A program made the translations under genes and the position numbers. From the NCBI RefSeq assembly GCF_009914755.1, contig NC_060926.1: 64,000 nt of DNA; one strand, 5' to 3'. Shown in pieces: positions 26,240 through 40,049 of the stretch (position 1 is the stretch's first letter; the number at the start of each line of letters is the position of its first letter). This stretch comes from the human T2T-CHM13v2.0 reference genome, Homo sapiens. The notes under the pieces were generated by a model. That model saw only the letters and a list, made by a program, of their open reading frames with translations, was not told the DNA's origin and made no database searches.

Positions 26240-27250
26240 AGTAATGTAAATCCTGGTTCTTTGAAAAACTTACCAAAGTAGACAAATAACTAGATAATTT
26301 AACCAAGCAAAAAAGATAAATATGACAAATATACAAGACAAGATATCTCTTATAGATGGAACCTTAATATTTTTAACTTGGATGCACAGAAGCAGAGAGT
26401 AGAGTGGTGGTTTCCAGAGGCAGGGAAGGGGGATGGGAGAAGTTGGTGAAAGGGTAGGAAGTTGCAGTCATGCAGGATGAATAAAGCTAAAAATGGAACA
26501 GGCAGCTTGAGGACTATAGTTAATAATACTGTATTGTATACTGGAAATTTGCTAAGAGAGTAGATTTTAGATGCACCTAACAGAAAAAAAGGATAACTAT
26601 TTGAGATGACAGACATGTTAGCTTGCTTGGCTGTAGTAGTCACATCACAACACTATGTTCATGTGTATCAAAGCACCATGTTGTGTACCCTAAATACATG
26701 CAATAAAGAAATCGAAAGAGCAAAATAACAATGAAACAAAACTTTTAAAAGTCAGAAGTTACTATAATTTATCAATCCTATAAAAATAAATTTGAAAACA
26801 TAGATGAAATGGAGGAAATACAGTTTATAAAGTTAGCTTCAGATCGAATATAAAGTTTAAATCAATTAATCTTAATAGAAGAAATAGGGAATTACATCAC
26901 CAAAAAATCACCTGCTCATAAGAATATATGAAATAATTTTAACACATATTAAACATAGGATATTCTAAATATTACACAAATTACCTCAAATAATAGAAAG
27001 TGAAAGAAAACTCCAAATTCTAGTCATAAAACAAGAATATCATTTGTACTTAAACCTAATATAGTACCAAGAAAAAAACATAAACTATCAGTGATAAATG
27101 TTGATGCAAAAATATTAACTATTTAGCAAAGAGTGGCTACCTGGGGTCTATTTCATGAACTCAGGGTCAGTCCAATATGAAGGAAGTCAGCAACATGACA
27201 TAGAAATCCCTATAAAGAGAAAAATTAGTAGCATTCGATTTGATGCAGGG
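26240..27250 (+). mobile_element. Old L1 ORF2 relic, host of nested insertions
   Basis: CTGGTTCTTTGAAAAA (WFFEK), AAATTTGAAAACATAGATGAAATGG and GATGCAAAAATATTAAC motifs in ORF2 order. Confidence 0.7.
26350..26712 (+). mobile_element. L1MA-type 3' end inserted in the L1 ORF2 relic
   Basis: GAAGCAGAGAGTAGAGTGGTGGTTTCCAGAGGC..GACTATAGTTAATAATACTGTATTGTATACT.GAAATTTGCTAAGAGAGTAGATTTTA. Confidence 0.85.
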
Positions 27251-27254
27251 CAGG

Positions 27255-29689
27255 TGATATGGTTTGGATCTGTGTCCCCACCCAAATCTCACGTTGAATT
27301 GTGATCCTCAGTGTTGAAGGTGGAGTCTGGTGGGAGGTGATTGGATTGTGGGGGTGGATCCTTCATGAATGGTTTGGCACCATTCCCTTGGTGATGATGC
27401 TCTCATGATGAAAGTGAGGGAGATCTTACGAGGTCTGGTTGTTTGAAAGTGTGTGGCATCTCCTCCCTCTCTCTGTGAGTCCTGCTCCTGCCATGGAAGA
27501 CACCTACTTTCACTTTGCCTTCTGCCATGAGTAAAAGCTCCCTGAGGCCTCCTCAGAACCAGACACTAACGTGCTTCTTGTACAGCCTGTGGAACAGTAA
27601 AGCAATTAAACTTTTCTTTATAAATTACCCAATCTCAGGTATTTCTTTATTGCAATGTGAGAACGGACTAATACAGAAAATTGGCACTGAGGTGTGGGAC
27701 ATTGTATAAAGATACCTGAAAATGGAGAAGTGGCTTTGGAACTGGGTAGCAGGCAGAGGTTGGAAGAGTGTGGAGGGCTCAGAAGAAGACATAAAGATGA
27801 GGGAAAGTTTGGTGCTTCCTAGAGACTTGTTAAATTGTTGTGGCCAAAGTTCTGATAGTAATATGGACCAGGCAGAGGAGCTGTCAGATGGAAATGAGGA
27901 ATTTATTGGGAACTGAAGTCAAAGTCACTTTTGTTATGCTTTTGCAAAGGACTTGGAGGCATTGTGCCCCTGATCTAGGGAATCTGTGAAACTTTGAACT
28001 TGAGAGCGATGATTTAGGGTATCTGGCAGAATAAATTTCTAAACAGCAAAGCATTCACAATGTGACCTGGCTGCTTCTAATAGCTTAGCTTGTATGTGTG
28101 AGCAAAGAAATGACCTGAAACTGGAACTTATATTTAAAAGGGAAGCAGAGCATACAAGTTTGGAAAATTTGCAGCCTGCCCATGTAGTAGAAAAGAAAAA
28201 CCCATTTTCAGGGGAGGAATTCAAGCAAGCTGCAGAAATTTGAGTCACTAAAAGGAAGGAAAATGCTGATAGACAAGACAATGGGGAAAGGGCCTTGGAG
28301 ACATTTCAGTGACCTCTGTGGCAGCCTGTCCTATTACAGTGCAGAGGCCTAGGAGGGAAGAATGGTTTCATGGGCCAGGCCAAGGCCCTCCCCAACCCTG
28401 CACAGTCTAGGGACACTGCTCCCTACATCCCAGCCACTCCAACTCCAGCTATGGCTCAAGCAGGCCAATGTACAGCTTGGGCCACTGCTTCAGAGGGTGA
28501 TGGCTTCCACCCCATAAGCTGTGATGCCTTCCCCATGGTGTTAAGCTTGCAGGTACACAGAGTGAAAGAATTGACACTTGGAAGCCTCCACCTAGACTTC
28601 AGAGGATATGTGGAAAAGCCTGGACATCCAGGCAGAAATCTGCTACGGGGCAGAGCCTTCATGGAGAACCCCTACTAGGGCTGTGTGGAGGGGAATGTGG
28701 AGTTGAAGCCCCCACACAGCATCCCCAATGGGGCACTGCCCATCCTCCAGAAGGCAACCATCCTCCAGACCCCAGAATGGTAGAGCCACCAGCAGCTGGC
28801 ACCCTGCACCTGGAAAAGCCACAAGTATTCAATGTCAGCCGGTGAGAGTAGCTGTGGGGCTGACCCCTGCAAAGTCACAGGGCTGGAGCTGCCCAAGGCT
28901 TTGGGAGCCCACCCCTTGCACAAGAATCCTCTTGATGTGAAACATGGAGTCAAAGATTATTTTAGAGCTTTAAAATTTAATGACGGCCCTGCTTAATTTT
29001 GGACTTGTGTGGAGCCTGTAGCACCTTTCTTTTTGTCAATTTCTTCCTTTTGGGATGGGAGTATTCACCCAAAGCCTATACCTCCACTGTATCTTGGAAG
29101 TAACTAACTTGTTTTTTATTTTATAGGCTCATAGATAGAAGGAACTTGCCTTGTCTCAGGTGTGACTTTCAAGTTTGAATTTTGAGTTAATGCTGCAATG
29201 AATTAGGAGGACTGTTGTGAGGGCATGATTGGATTTTCCAATGTGAGAGGGACATTACACTGGGGGGGGCCCGGGGTGGAATATATGGTTTGGATCTGTG
29301 TCCCCACCCAAATCTCACATGAATTGTAATCCTCAGGGTTGGAGGTGGAGTCTGGTGGGAAGTGATTGGATCATGAGGGTAAATCCTTCATGAGTGGTTT
29401 AACACAATCCTCTTGGTGATGCTCTCATGATAGTAAGTTATTGCGAGGTCTGGTTGTTTAAAAGTGTGTGGCACCTCCCCCGTCTCTTGGTCCTGCTCCT
29501 GCCATGTAAGACATCTCTTCCCGTGTCACCTTCCACCATGAGTCAAAGCTCCTTGAGGCCTCCCCAGAAGCAGATGCTGCCATGCTTCCTGTACAGCCTG
29601 CAAAGCTATGAGCCAGTTAGACCTCTTCTCTTTATAAATTACCCAGTCTCTGGTATTTCTTTATAGCAATGTGAGAATGGACTAACACA
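27255..29689 (+). mobile_element. Full-length MSTA-type MaLR: 5' LTR 27255-27675, internal region, 3' LTR 29282-29689
   Basis: Two direct LTRs (TGATATGG..GACTAATACA and TATATGG..GACTAACACA), THE1/MST-type internal sequence, G-rich tract before the 3' LTR, flanking GCAGG/TCAGG 5-bp TSD. Confidence 0.93.
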
Positions 29690-29699
29690 TCAGGCAAGC

Positions 29700-30147
29700 C
29701 GTAGAATTGGGACTTATCCCAGGAGGGTTCTTGCTTCACCCAGGAAAGAATTCAAGGGTGAGCTGGGGGTGACAGAAAGCAACTTTTACTGAACTGGTGC
29801 TGCCCCTTGCAGAGCAGGGATACCCCATGGACAGCACACCCAGAGTTTGCACTTGTGAGCTCTGAGCCAGCTGTTTTGAAAAAATATCTAGAAAAGGAGC
29901 AGGGAGTTTCCAGAACTATGTAAGGTAACTTCCATGTTGTTGCCATGGCATTTGTAAACTGTCATGGCACCAGTGGAGGGGTCTTTATGCAAATGAGTAC
30001 TGAGGGAAGTTAAGGCTGCTGCCATCTCCACCTGCTGGCTTGGCAGTTTCACTGCACCATTTCCACCCCATCCTGCTCTGGCCGGCAGGGTCATGCTGCA
30101 GTCCTGACCGCTGCTCAGAAAACAAGTCCTGCTGGTTTCCCATCTCA
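29700..30147 (-). mobile_element. ERV1-class solo LTR (MER66-like)
   Basis: GGAAAGAATTCAAGGGTGAG; GCAGAGCAGGGATACCCCATGG; GTTGCCATGGCATTTGTAAACTGTCATGGC; ends CTCA. Confidence 0.6.
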
Positions 30148-30149
30148 GA

Positions 30150-31760
30150 TTTATAGACATTAAAAATGTTTTTGGCAAAATCTAACTCCCATTCTAATAC
30201 AAACATTCTATAAAATATAAATTGATGGATATTTCTTTAACACATTAAAATATAATAATGTTTTATATTTCATTGTATTATAGATATCTTTTTCTTGATA
30301 TATGTAAATGTTTTATATATTTTAGTAGGTTAAGCAAGTATTTATCAATTCACATGTATTATATATGCAGATATAAGTATGTACAACTATATATAGTTCT
30401 ATAGTTATCTATAAATATGTAAAACTATATATAGTAAATATAAATACATAAATATATGTAATGTAATATATGCAAATATGTTTAACATAATTATATTTCT
30501 CCTAAAGCCAGCATCATATTTAATGGGAAACCACTAGATATGTTTTCATTCAGAATGTGATACTGGAGAAACCATTATGGAGGAACTAGAAAACCTGAAT
30601 TGAGAGACAATCATTTTAGATAATCAAAGCCAGCAAATTATTGAAAATATTGTATGATTTTTTTAATGTAACATAAGATCAGTTTAATATACAATACTCA
30701 TACCTATGTAATAGATAGTACTAGAAAATTTAAAGTGAGAAAAACATTACATTTCAGAAACACTAATTAGATAAAGATTATCTTCTAAATTTTTGAAACA
30801 AACATCATGCTAACATTCTACTAAGCTTAGTAATCAGACAAGGAGGAAGGTGTCCCCTCACTTGTAAAGCATTGCACTTTATTTTCTATTAGCCACATTA
30901 AGATAAAAAATAACAGAGAATTCAGAACTGTATGGGAAAAGATAATATATTTTGTATTACTGACAATATTTTTATACAGAAAATTCAAAGAAATCTGAAA
31001 AAAACTCTAACACTAATAAGAGCTTTCACTCAGATGGTCAGATAGAATACCAACATTTTTTTTTTAAAAAGCCATTGTGCTCATTTTCAACAATAATAAT
31101 CAGAATTTTTAATGGAAAAACAGAAACTTATTTTCTCACAGTGCTGGAAGCTACAAGTCTGAGATGACAATTTAGTCATTCCTGGACCCTCCTGAGGCTC
31201 TCCTTGGCTTGTAGATGGGGCCTCTTCCTGTGTCTCATGCAGTCATTCCTGTGTGTGTGTCTGTGTCCTCATTTCCTCTTCTTATAAGGACACCAACCAC
31301 ATTGGACCAGGGCCCACCCTTATGACCTCATTTTCACTTAGTTACCTGTTTAAAGGCCCTATCTCCAAATACAGTCCCATTGTGAGGTACTGGGAGCTCG
31401 AGCTTTAACATATGAATCTCGCAGGGATGCAGTTCAGTCCATAGTAACATCAATAAAAAAGGTCAACCCATTAAAACATGGGCAACACACATGAAAAGGT
31501 AATTTGCAAGTAAGAAAACCTAAAGTCAATCTTCTGAACACCAGTACAAAATTACCTGAATTCAGTTAAACATAAATCAAAAATAACAATGTGATGTTAT
31601 ATTATGGCTATAGTATTTGCAAAAATTAATAGGTGTTAGAATGTGCAGAAATGGAAACTATTGTGTAATGAAGTACATGCATAAATTGTTCAAAGTGATT
31701 TGATCAATTTGGCAGAATAATAAATTTTCAAATGATCCTGCACTAAGAACCAGCAAATTT
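30150..31760 (+). mobile_element. Further old L1 ORF2 fragments, with an AT-rich low-complexity tract at 30240-30500
   Basis: TTTGGCAAAATCTAACTCCCATTC; AAGCCAGCATCATATTTAATGGGAAA; AACCCATTAAAACATGGGCAA. Confidence 0.6.
31118..31449 (-). mobile_element. MLT1B-like MaLR LTR
   Basis: TTCCTCTTCTTATAAGGACACCA..GGGCCCACCCTTATGACCTCATTTT..AAAGGCCCTATCTCCAAATACAGTC. Confidence 0.85.
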
Positions 31761-33260
31761 GCTAGTGTACATACACCCCAGATTCCATTCACCCAGAAGT
31801 GCCCATCACCAGCACTGGAGCCAAGTAAGTCCACTCTGGTGTTTGATGTCTCAGCCAGCATGAGAAGGAAGACATCTGATCGTCCATCAACCCAAGGGCA
31901 GGGGTAAAGTGACCCAAGGACTTCAATGAGACTAAAAAGGAAAGCAAAGGGGTGTTTCTTGAAGCAGATTAGTGTTGGAACATTAATAAGAATTATAGAA
32001 ACAATTTTAATACACAAATAGAATTATCCAAAACATCTGAATTCTTAAAATTTTATAATAGATTCTAGCAGCACTTTTAATATTTTGTTTGACACACTAA
32101 AATTCTTTATAATGGTATTTAATTACATAATAACTAACATTCCTGTTTTCATATTAAATTACTGGTTGAACTTTGTTCATGTGTCCACAAGTACCTTTCT
32201 TTGAAAGCCAAATATCATCATCAAAGTGTTTATATAAAATGTATAATATCTTGATACATGCATTTCATTAAAGCCTAAAATGAAAACTTGAGTCAAAAAT
32301 ATCTTTACATTGCTTTTCTGATGAAATTGTATTTAGATACAAATCTTTTATTATCATGCAATAAATATTTCTATGATTCATAGTAGAAATGCTTTTGCAA
32401 TTCATGATTGAAAGTCTAAATGGGAGAATATTGATCCTCATATGTCTCTATTCACATACATAACCTGACATTTCATTTAGAATGTAAACCATATAGGTAG
32501 GTTAATAGTTGTGATGTTATTGCTTCTTGATATTTAAAGAAAACATATTCAATGATCCAATAAATGAAGTCCATATGTATTGGCTCTAGATAGAAGATAA
32601 GGAATATGTTACTTTAATTTTGCTTTGGATACTACACTTTATTTGGTGATGAAAATATACAACTGAAGATTTTGGAAAAAGTCTAAAATCCTTTATTATT
32701 CTAACATTGTATGACTTGAGTTACCCACTGGCTGCAAGAAATTCTGGTAGGCAGCACAAGGAAATCATACAATAAAGACTAAAATCAGTGGGAAGTTGGT
32801 AGATTTGTGGACTTCTACCCAGTGACAAATTATGTAGAATTTTTAGAAAGTTCATTTTCACTGGTAGAATTATCTAAACTTTTAAAGCAAAAACTAAATA
32901 ATGTATTTTAATGATAGATTTTCATGGTGGAGAGTAAAGAAAGAACATTGAAAACCCACTAAAACCCCACAATCATTTCCTTTTTTTGTGGGGCGGGGAG
33001 CTTTATTATCAGTCAGCCTGTAATTTAGTTGATAAATTACCTGCATGTCTTCCTTTCCCTTTCCCTGGAAATAAAACAAAATAAGAGAGGAAGGTGCACT
33101 CTCCAACATTCGGCTGCACAGGCCAGGCTGCGTTCCTCCGCCAGGCATGTGATGTTTGGACAGGGGTGCTATTTTCTCTCTCAGAGTCCATCTGTGACTA
33201 GAGTAAAGTGAAAGGTTTAAAACCCATGAGTTGTATATATTATTATAAAAGGAAGGGCCT

Positions 33261-33541
33261 GGCCAGGTGCGGTGGCTCACACCGAGGCAGGTGGATCATG
33301 AGGTCAGGAGTTCGAGACCAGTCTGGCCAAGATGGTGAAACCCCATCTCTACTAAAAATGCAAAAATTACCTGGGTGCGGTGGCGGGCATCTGTAATCCC
33401 AACTACTCAGGAGGCTGAAGCAGGAGAATCGCTTGAACCTGGGGAAGCAGAGGTTGCAATGAGCTGAGATCATGCCACTGCACTCTAGCTGGGTGACAGA
33501 GCAAGACTGTGTCTCAAAACACAAACAAAAAAAAAAAAAAA
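33261..33541 (+). mobile_element. AluS (Sg-like) with a 14-bp TSD and a 25-bp left-arm deletion
   Basis: TSD AAAAGGAAGGGCCT at 33247-33260 and 33538-33551. The GGCTCACACC|GAGGC junction lacks TGTAATCCCAGCACTTTGGGAGGCC. Confidence 0.96.
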
Positions 33542-33829
33542 GGAAGGGCCTGATTGTTCATTTATTCATTTGTTCAATTAAAATTTCACTAAAAAAATTA
33601 TTTTACAAGAAGATGCTAAAACATTGTTTTGTGTTTTTCTAATTTAAAAAAAGCAGTAGATGTTGATTATCTTTCCAGCCATGATGAAGTAACTGAGGCA
33701 GGCTTAACGTTCTGATGTAAACAACTACAAAATTGGGCAGAAGACAAGAGGCTGGGCATAGGATCCTGTGCTCACACCTCCATTAGGGGGTTTCTGGGAT
33801 GCAGCCCCACTGTGGCCTCACTCTGCAGG

Positions 33830-35491
33830 TCACTCTTGAGAAGTCAGATGCCTACTTTGTTCTTTGGCCTGGATGAGGAATGTGATATTTTATCTTCAGG
33901 CCCTTAGGATTGTGTTTCATTATCTTTAAAGTTCAATAGTTTTATCTGGCTATGTCTTGGTTAAATATGCCAGGCCAGTTCCTGCAGGTCTCAGTAGGCC
34001 CTTCTGACATGTAGCGTCAATGCTTCTTTTGTTTCTGGAAAAGTTATCTAACTCTGGTTTCTCTAGCTCTGGCCCTAGGTTTGTTCAGGACTCCAGTTAG
34101 ACATATGCTGGCTCTTTGTTGGCTCTCTTGCATGTCACCAATGTCACTCTGACCCTTTTTTTAATATAACTCATTTTGATAGTTCATTTTATGTGTCAAC
34201 TTGCCTGGGCTATGGGGTGCCCAGGTTTTTGGTCAAACATTATTCTGGGTGTTTCCATGAGGGTGTCAGTGCCTGAGATTAATTTACTTTGGTGGACTTT
34301 AAGTAAAAAGCAGATTCCATAACATGGGGGTTGCACCAGGCCTTGCACCCCTAAAGGCCTAAAGACCCCCACTCCCTGGCTCTGAGAGAACTCTGCAGCC
34401 CACCTGCTTCAGACTCCAGCTGGAGCGTTGGCCCTCCTGGGTCTCTGGCCACCAGCCCAACCTGCAAACTGTGGACTTGCCAGCCCCATAATTACGTGAG
34501 CTCACTCTTCCTTCCAGGGATTCTGTTTCACTGGAGAACTCTCATAAATCATTTTAATTTTAATTTTTGTTGTTTTCTTGCCTTTCTTGAATGTCTCAAA
34601 TTGTCACTCAATCCAACCATTCTTGGTTTTGGTCATTTTTATATTTCCTACTAAAAAGTCCTTTTCCTTGTTCAACCAACTGCTTGGTAAGGATATTTAA
34701 TTTAAGGTGCAGTATTGTGCTCAGTTCCCTTCTCTGTCACGGTTGTTTTTTGGCAGTGCATTTTTATCACCTGAAATGGCTTGATTCTCATTTTGTGTTT
34801 TCTTCTACTAATAGCTTTTTATAACGCTGGGCTGCTTTTGTTTACTTATTTCTTCTGACCGTTAGAGGCAGCGGATAGGATTCCTTGTTCAAGAGCTCTC
34901 TCTTCTGTCAGTGCAGCAGCATTCTGTTTCTCGCTGCTGTCCTGGGGGAAAGTGGTGTGTCATCTGGTTTCTGCTCCTCTTTGGTCTTGCAGAACCCCAC
35001 ATTTTCCTCTCTTGCTTCTCTTTATTTCTTCACTCCTCTGCTTCCTAAGGGTCCTTCTTCCTTCTGATTTACCCTTTTCTTCAGAGGCAAAGCAGCTCTG
35101 GGCATGCCACGTGGGTCCTGGAGATGCATGTCTCCCTTCCCTGGAGCTGCCAGCCCCTGGGAGGCTTCTCTGCAGTTTTACCACCACAAAGTGGGTTTTG
35201 CTTAACGGCAGCTCCTGCTCCTTTTCTCCATGTCCCTCCTGTCCATGTGCCTGGACTTTCCTCAGTGTCCACCACTGTGTTACCTTTGGGATCAAAGGTA
35301 GTCGATCTGCTGTTGTATGTTGATTATTTCACCTGCAGGTGATTGAAACACACCACCTCTCTCTCCCAGGCTTGCCAAGGGAAGAGTTCTACGTAAAGTT
35401 GTTCTTCATGCTCATCTGCATAGTTATCTTGGAGATGTTTGAAAAGATTTAGATTCAGGTGGCTGCCAATATCTTCAGGCAACCCAAAGTC
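33830..35491 (-). mobile_element. HAL1/old L1 ORF1-type relic, interrupted by MLT2
   Basis: T-rich plus strand; TTGAGAAGTCAGATGCC; TCTTTAAAGTTCAATAGTTTTA; terminal GGCTGCCAATATCTTCAGGCAACCCAAAGTC resembles a reversed L1/HAL1 5' end. Confidence 0.5.
34177..34548 (+). mobile_element. MLT2 (ERVL) solo LTR
   Basis: TTTTATGTGTCAACTTGCCTGGGC..GGTGCCCAG..TGGTCAAACATTATTCTGGGTGT..GGACTTGCCAGCCCCATAAT..TTCTGTTTCACTGGAGAAC. Confidence 0.85.
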
Positions 35492-36903
35492 AAATTAACG
35501 TTTTTATTTTATGTAAATCAATGATTAGAAAATTGATTTTACATATTTTACATAATTATCACCATGGGACTCATTATTTTGTTGCCACTCGTCAACCTGT
35601 TAATTCTGCATTTATAGTGATTTGTAATAGTTTTTCTAATTAAGGCAAACTAAACGAAATCAGTTAATAACGAAGTAGATTTTATCCCTCATGTACGCTA
35701 ATATAGACTAACATGAAATCCCATAATTTATCTTATCTCAAAACACATTTTTATACCAGGCAGCTGATTTGGTTTCTGCCCTCAGTCTATTCTCTCTCAC
35801 ACAGACTCCCCTTTTCTTTTTCTCTGTTTCTGTTTTTCCTGTCCTTCGCACCCTCAGCAGGGAGCTCAACTTCCTGGCACTATTCTCACACACATGTCAG
35901 GTGTAAACATCTTTATGGGGGAAACAGGCTCTGGCTGTCTCACAAAGCTTTAGTTGTCATGCACATGTAACACTTTCATTCACTTCTTAAAGGTGATTTA
36001 CATGAGCCTCGCACAGCTGAGACGTATTTCGCTGCTTACTAAACCTTGAATGATGGTGCGTCATTCTCATTAAAACAAGGAAGCACAGGAAGGTGGAAGT
36101 ATAAATTTTTGTGAGTGTTTCTGGCCCACTATGAAAGTGCGACAGCGGGCATGGCTGTCTAGGCCTCCCTGGCAGCACTGGTGTGGGGGCTCCCAGGAAG
36201 GAGTAGAGGAGGGTTAGGAAAAGGATGGGAGGGCCACGGGCCTGGCAGCTGAGCAGCACCTGGGCCCTCACAGCTCAGATTGCAGAGCAAAGAGGGAGCC
36301 ACGTGTGGAGGGTGGGGAACATGGAGCGAGAAGGGGAGGGAAGCACAAAAGGGAGCACAAGAGGAGAGAGTGGAGGGGAGCATGGGAGGGAGCATAGAAG
36401 GGGGCATAGAGGAAACACAAAGGGAGCACTGGGGAGAGCATGAGAGGAACAGGGGAAGCACAGGCGAGGTAGCACAGGGGGGAGCACTAAGAGAGCACAC
36501 CGCGGAGCTGCCTCCACCCAGGCCTGGCATGAGCAGGGTTGACCCCAGAGCCCAGACCCTTCCCCCAGGAGCACAGGGAACAGGCAGTGTTCCCCCACAG
36601 TGGGGGCGGGAAGGAGAGTCCAAGGGCCAAGGAAGGGCTGATGGTCCATTTCCTGTGGAATTGCGCCAACCTGATGGCATCCATAAGGCACACTTACCAT
36701 GCTTGGGTTCTGTGGTCAAGTCCAGAAGAGGCACGTCCTGCTCAGGGCCCCATCGGCTACCCTCCGTCCCCAGTACCTGGAACTATGTATGGCACCAGCC
36801 CTGGGGCAGGCACGGGCCTTGGCTTCTGAGCTCCAGGGATGCCCCAGACCCCCTCCCTTAGCTTCTGCTTCTTGGCCTCACATCCAACTGCTGCAACGGC
36901 ACC

Positions 36904-37175
36904 TCTGCACCTGCTGGTGGGGGTGACGCCTGTCCCTTCTGCACCTGCCAGCCAGGGATTATGACCTGTCCTTTCTGTACCTGCCAGACAAGGATTATGA
37001 CCTGTCCCTTCTGCACCTGCTGGCTGGGGATTATGACCTGTCCCTTCTGTACCTGCCAGGTCGGGGGTGATGCCTATCCTTTCTGCACCTGCTGGCTGGG
37101 ATTATGACCTGTCCCTTCTGCACCTGCCGGCTGGGGGTTACGACCTGTCTCTTCTGCATGTGCTGGCCAGAGGTG
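36904..37175. repeat. VNTR, about 36-bp unit, 7-8 diverged copies
   Basis: Repeated TCTGYACCTGCYRGCTGGGGATTATGACCTGTCCCT. Confidence 0.92.
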
Positions 37176-40049
37176 ATGTCTGTCCAGTCCACATATGCCG
37201 GCATGGGGGCTGACTGGTCTGTCTCTCTACATCTGTGGGCTGTGGTGACTGGTCTGTCTCATCTATCATCTACACCCACCAGCTGGGTATAATGCCACAG
37301 ACTCTGCCTGCTCCTGCGCTGGCACATGCTGTAGCTCCTGGGGAGTAACCTGAGGAGTTACCTGGGGTGTGTCTGGCGCAGGTGACCTCTGCATGTCACT
37401 GGCATTGCAGCAGAAGCCGGCAGAGGACCCAGGCCAGCAGAGCTCCTTCCCTCTTAGCTGTTGGCCAGGAACCCCCTCTCAGGAGCTGAGGGCACCTCTG
37501 GATGGAGGGCAAGACAAAAACATGTTCTAATCAGAGAAAATGGTTGGTGGAGTGCTCTAAGTGCAGGATGGGTGGATCTGAGAGCTGGGGGTCCTTTGCT
37601 TCTCCCGCCCTCACGGCAGGGCTGGTGCAGAGGGGATCGGCCCAGAGGTCTGAGGGGCTCTAAGAGCAGGAGATAAGAATTGCAGGAAGGTTCCCGGGAG
37701 CAGATTTTAACTAAACAGTATTAGTTAAGCTGCATTTCCATAACTAATCAATTTTAATTAACAGAGCCCATGTATCTGGAGTTAATTTTGCTATGTTCTT
37801 AATAGGAATAGGAGAATCTTTCCTATAACAGCCATATAGAAAATGTATTTCTTCAGCCATATTCTTTCTAACTAGTGTGGACCTGCTTAAGAATGCACTG
37901 TCCTGTATCTTATCTCAAACAGGAATTTATCTAGTCTATATTCGAGATTATCATGAAATCATATTAGTACTTTATGAGCTAAAGCATTTTGAATCACGTT
38001 CCAAATATTATGTATACTCCATAATTTCCTGTATAGATCATTAAATTCCCATATATCCCAATTTAAGTAAAAATACATTTTTAATTACCTGAGCTTCATA
38101 ACCCCAACTTTACCATTTAATTAAAGCACAGACTTATCAAAGTCTCCAAAGCATGGGTGGGTCAAGTTTAATACTCATCTGGCCCACTTTCAATGCCCAC
38201 TAGGTCCTTCTGGAAATGAACTTCTGAATAAGAAAGGATTATTAATTAGTAATTAGTATAATTAATTATTAATTATCTACATTAATTAGAATGAATGCAC
38301 ATAGCGCATATTATTAAAGTAAGTCACAGGAAATGGTGAAATCCTTTCTAAATCACTGATTCAAACAATAGTCAAAAGAGCTGACTACCTCATAAGACAG
38401 AAAATGTCATAGTCCTGCTCCAACGTTAATCTGTCCACTTCAAATATGTCAATTCTATTTACGGCAATTTGCCTACATTGAAATTCATTGATGTATGATA
38501 GTGCTAAGCTGGCCCTGTTTTAAGATACAGTTATGTGATCAGAAATTCAGAAATAAATAAATCATGTAAATTTTACTATTTTATTTTACTATTATGAGAC
38601 TATACAAACTTTGCAAATGTTTATAGTGGAGTCACTTTATTGATTTGCATTAGAAAACTATATAGCAAGTAGATACATTGCCTTGCAAGGCAACAAATTC
38701 CCTCAAAGGGGGTTAAAATTATAGTAGAGCAGTGTTCTCTTTACTCTTTTATAAGGAAGATTCAAATGCCACATAGTCCCTCAATGAGATCACCTCAGAA
38801 GTCTCCTGCTGCTCTAGAGCCTATGATTGATTCTTCTTGGTCAAAAATAAACAGGTGCCAATCCTTGCCAACTGCCACTGTCTAATTAAGAGATCCATTT
38901 TCTCTTTGTTGGATAAATGTAGAGTCCTCAGCCTCCTGCCTCTCCTCCCTTTAATGGGGTTGAATTTGGGAAACGTTTCCCGGCAGGAGCAATGTTGTAA
39001 TAGGCATAAGGGAGGCGTGTGTGGATCCAGCACACCTCTACTGGAGAGGAGTGGAAGGCAGACCACAGAGGTGGGGGACAGAGAAAGAAGGAGGCTTTAA
39101 ATTCCTGCTGGAGTAGTACGGATTTTTTTCCTGTAATTGGTGGCAATCTCTGGAAGGTTGTTGGCTGGGAGAAGCACACCCAGGGGCAGCGGAGGAAGAT
39201 TGATATTGTATTGTTGTTCCAAGTAGAATGGGATAAAAAGGAATTCACAGAGATCAAAGCTTCGGGACCTCATCTGTAGGCCACAGCACACTGTTTGCAA
39301 TTCTCAGACCAGATCCAGACACTGCTCTTCTCAAGCCTCGGCACCCAGGGTCTTAGTCACCAGCAAGGCTCTCTCGAGCTTTTGCATCTAGGGACATACA
39401 TCTTTCTTTTCCACCTGGTGATGTCACCTCCTGAAATGTCAGGTCAGATGGCTCATTCTCCATGTGGCGTATCTGCTTATACTGAGTTCCTCCCTTTATT
39501 CTTCTTCCTTGGTACTTTGGTTTTGCTAATCACATCCTTACTGCCATTTTCCGTAGATCGCAAGAACTCTTGTAGATAGATATTTGCCCCATTGATGCTG
39601 AGCTCTTTGCCTGGTCAGGATGATGCCCTGATCCTGTTTGCACCCCCATCCTCTCTAGGGCCCTAAAACAATGTCCCATGGTTGATGCACAGCAGATATT
39701 TGCTTTTTGTCACTGTTTTTTAATTCATCAGTACACCTGAAAAAAAATACTTACTTGTCTTTTCAATGTAAGCTTATAAAGTGATAAGTATTTTAAAATG
39801 TAATGGCCACACCTCAATAAGCGTCATTATCCTCCCACTAGGATAGACTTAATATGTAATGTTATAATTCTGTTTAAATAGTAGATTACGTTAGGAAAGG
39901 AGAGTAAAGAAATGTGACTTTGAACAAATAATATCTCTTCCCTTCAGGGTCAGAACTAGCTGGAGTTATTCTGATGATCATTACCTGATTGTTAAATTCA
40001 GTTTGGACAATTTGGAGTCTTTATGGACACAGAGTCCCCAAATGCAAGG

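Noticed and set aside
38678-38693. Perfect 16-bp palindrome TTGCCTTGCAAGGCAA
   Set aside because: About one is expected by chance in 64 kb.
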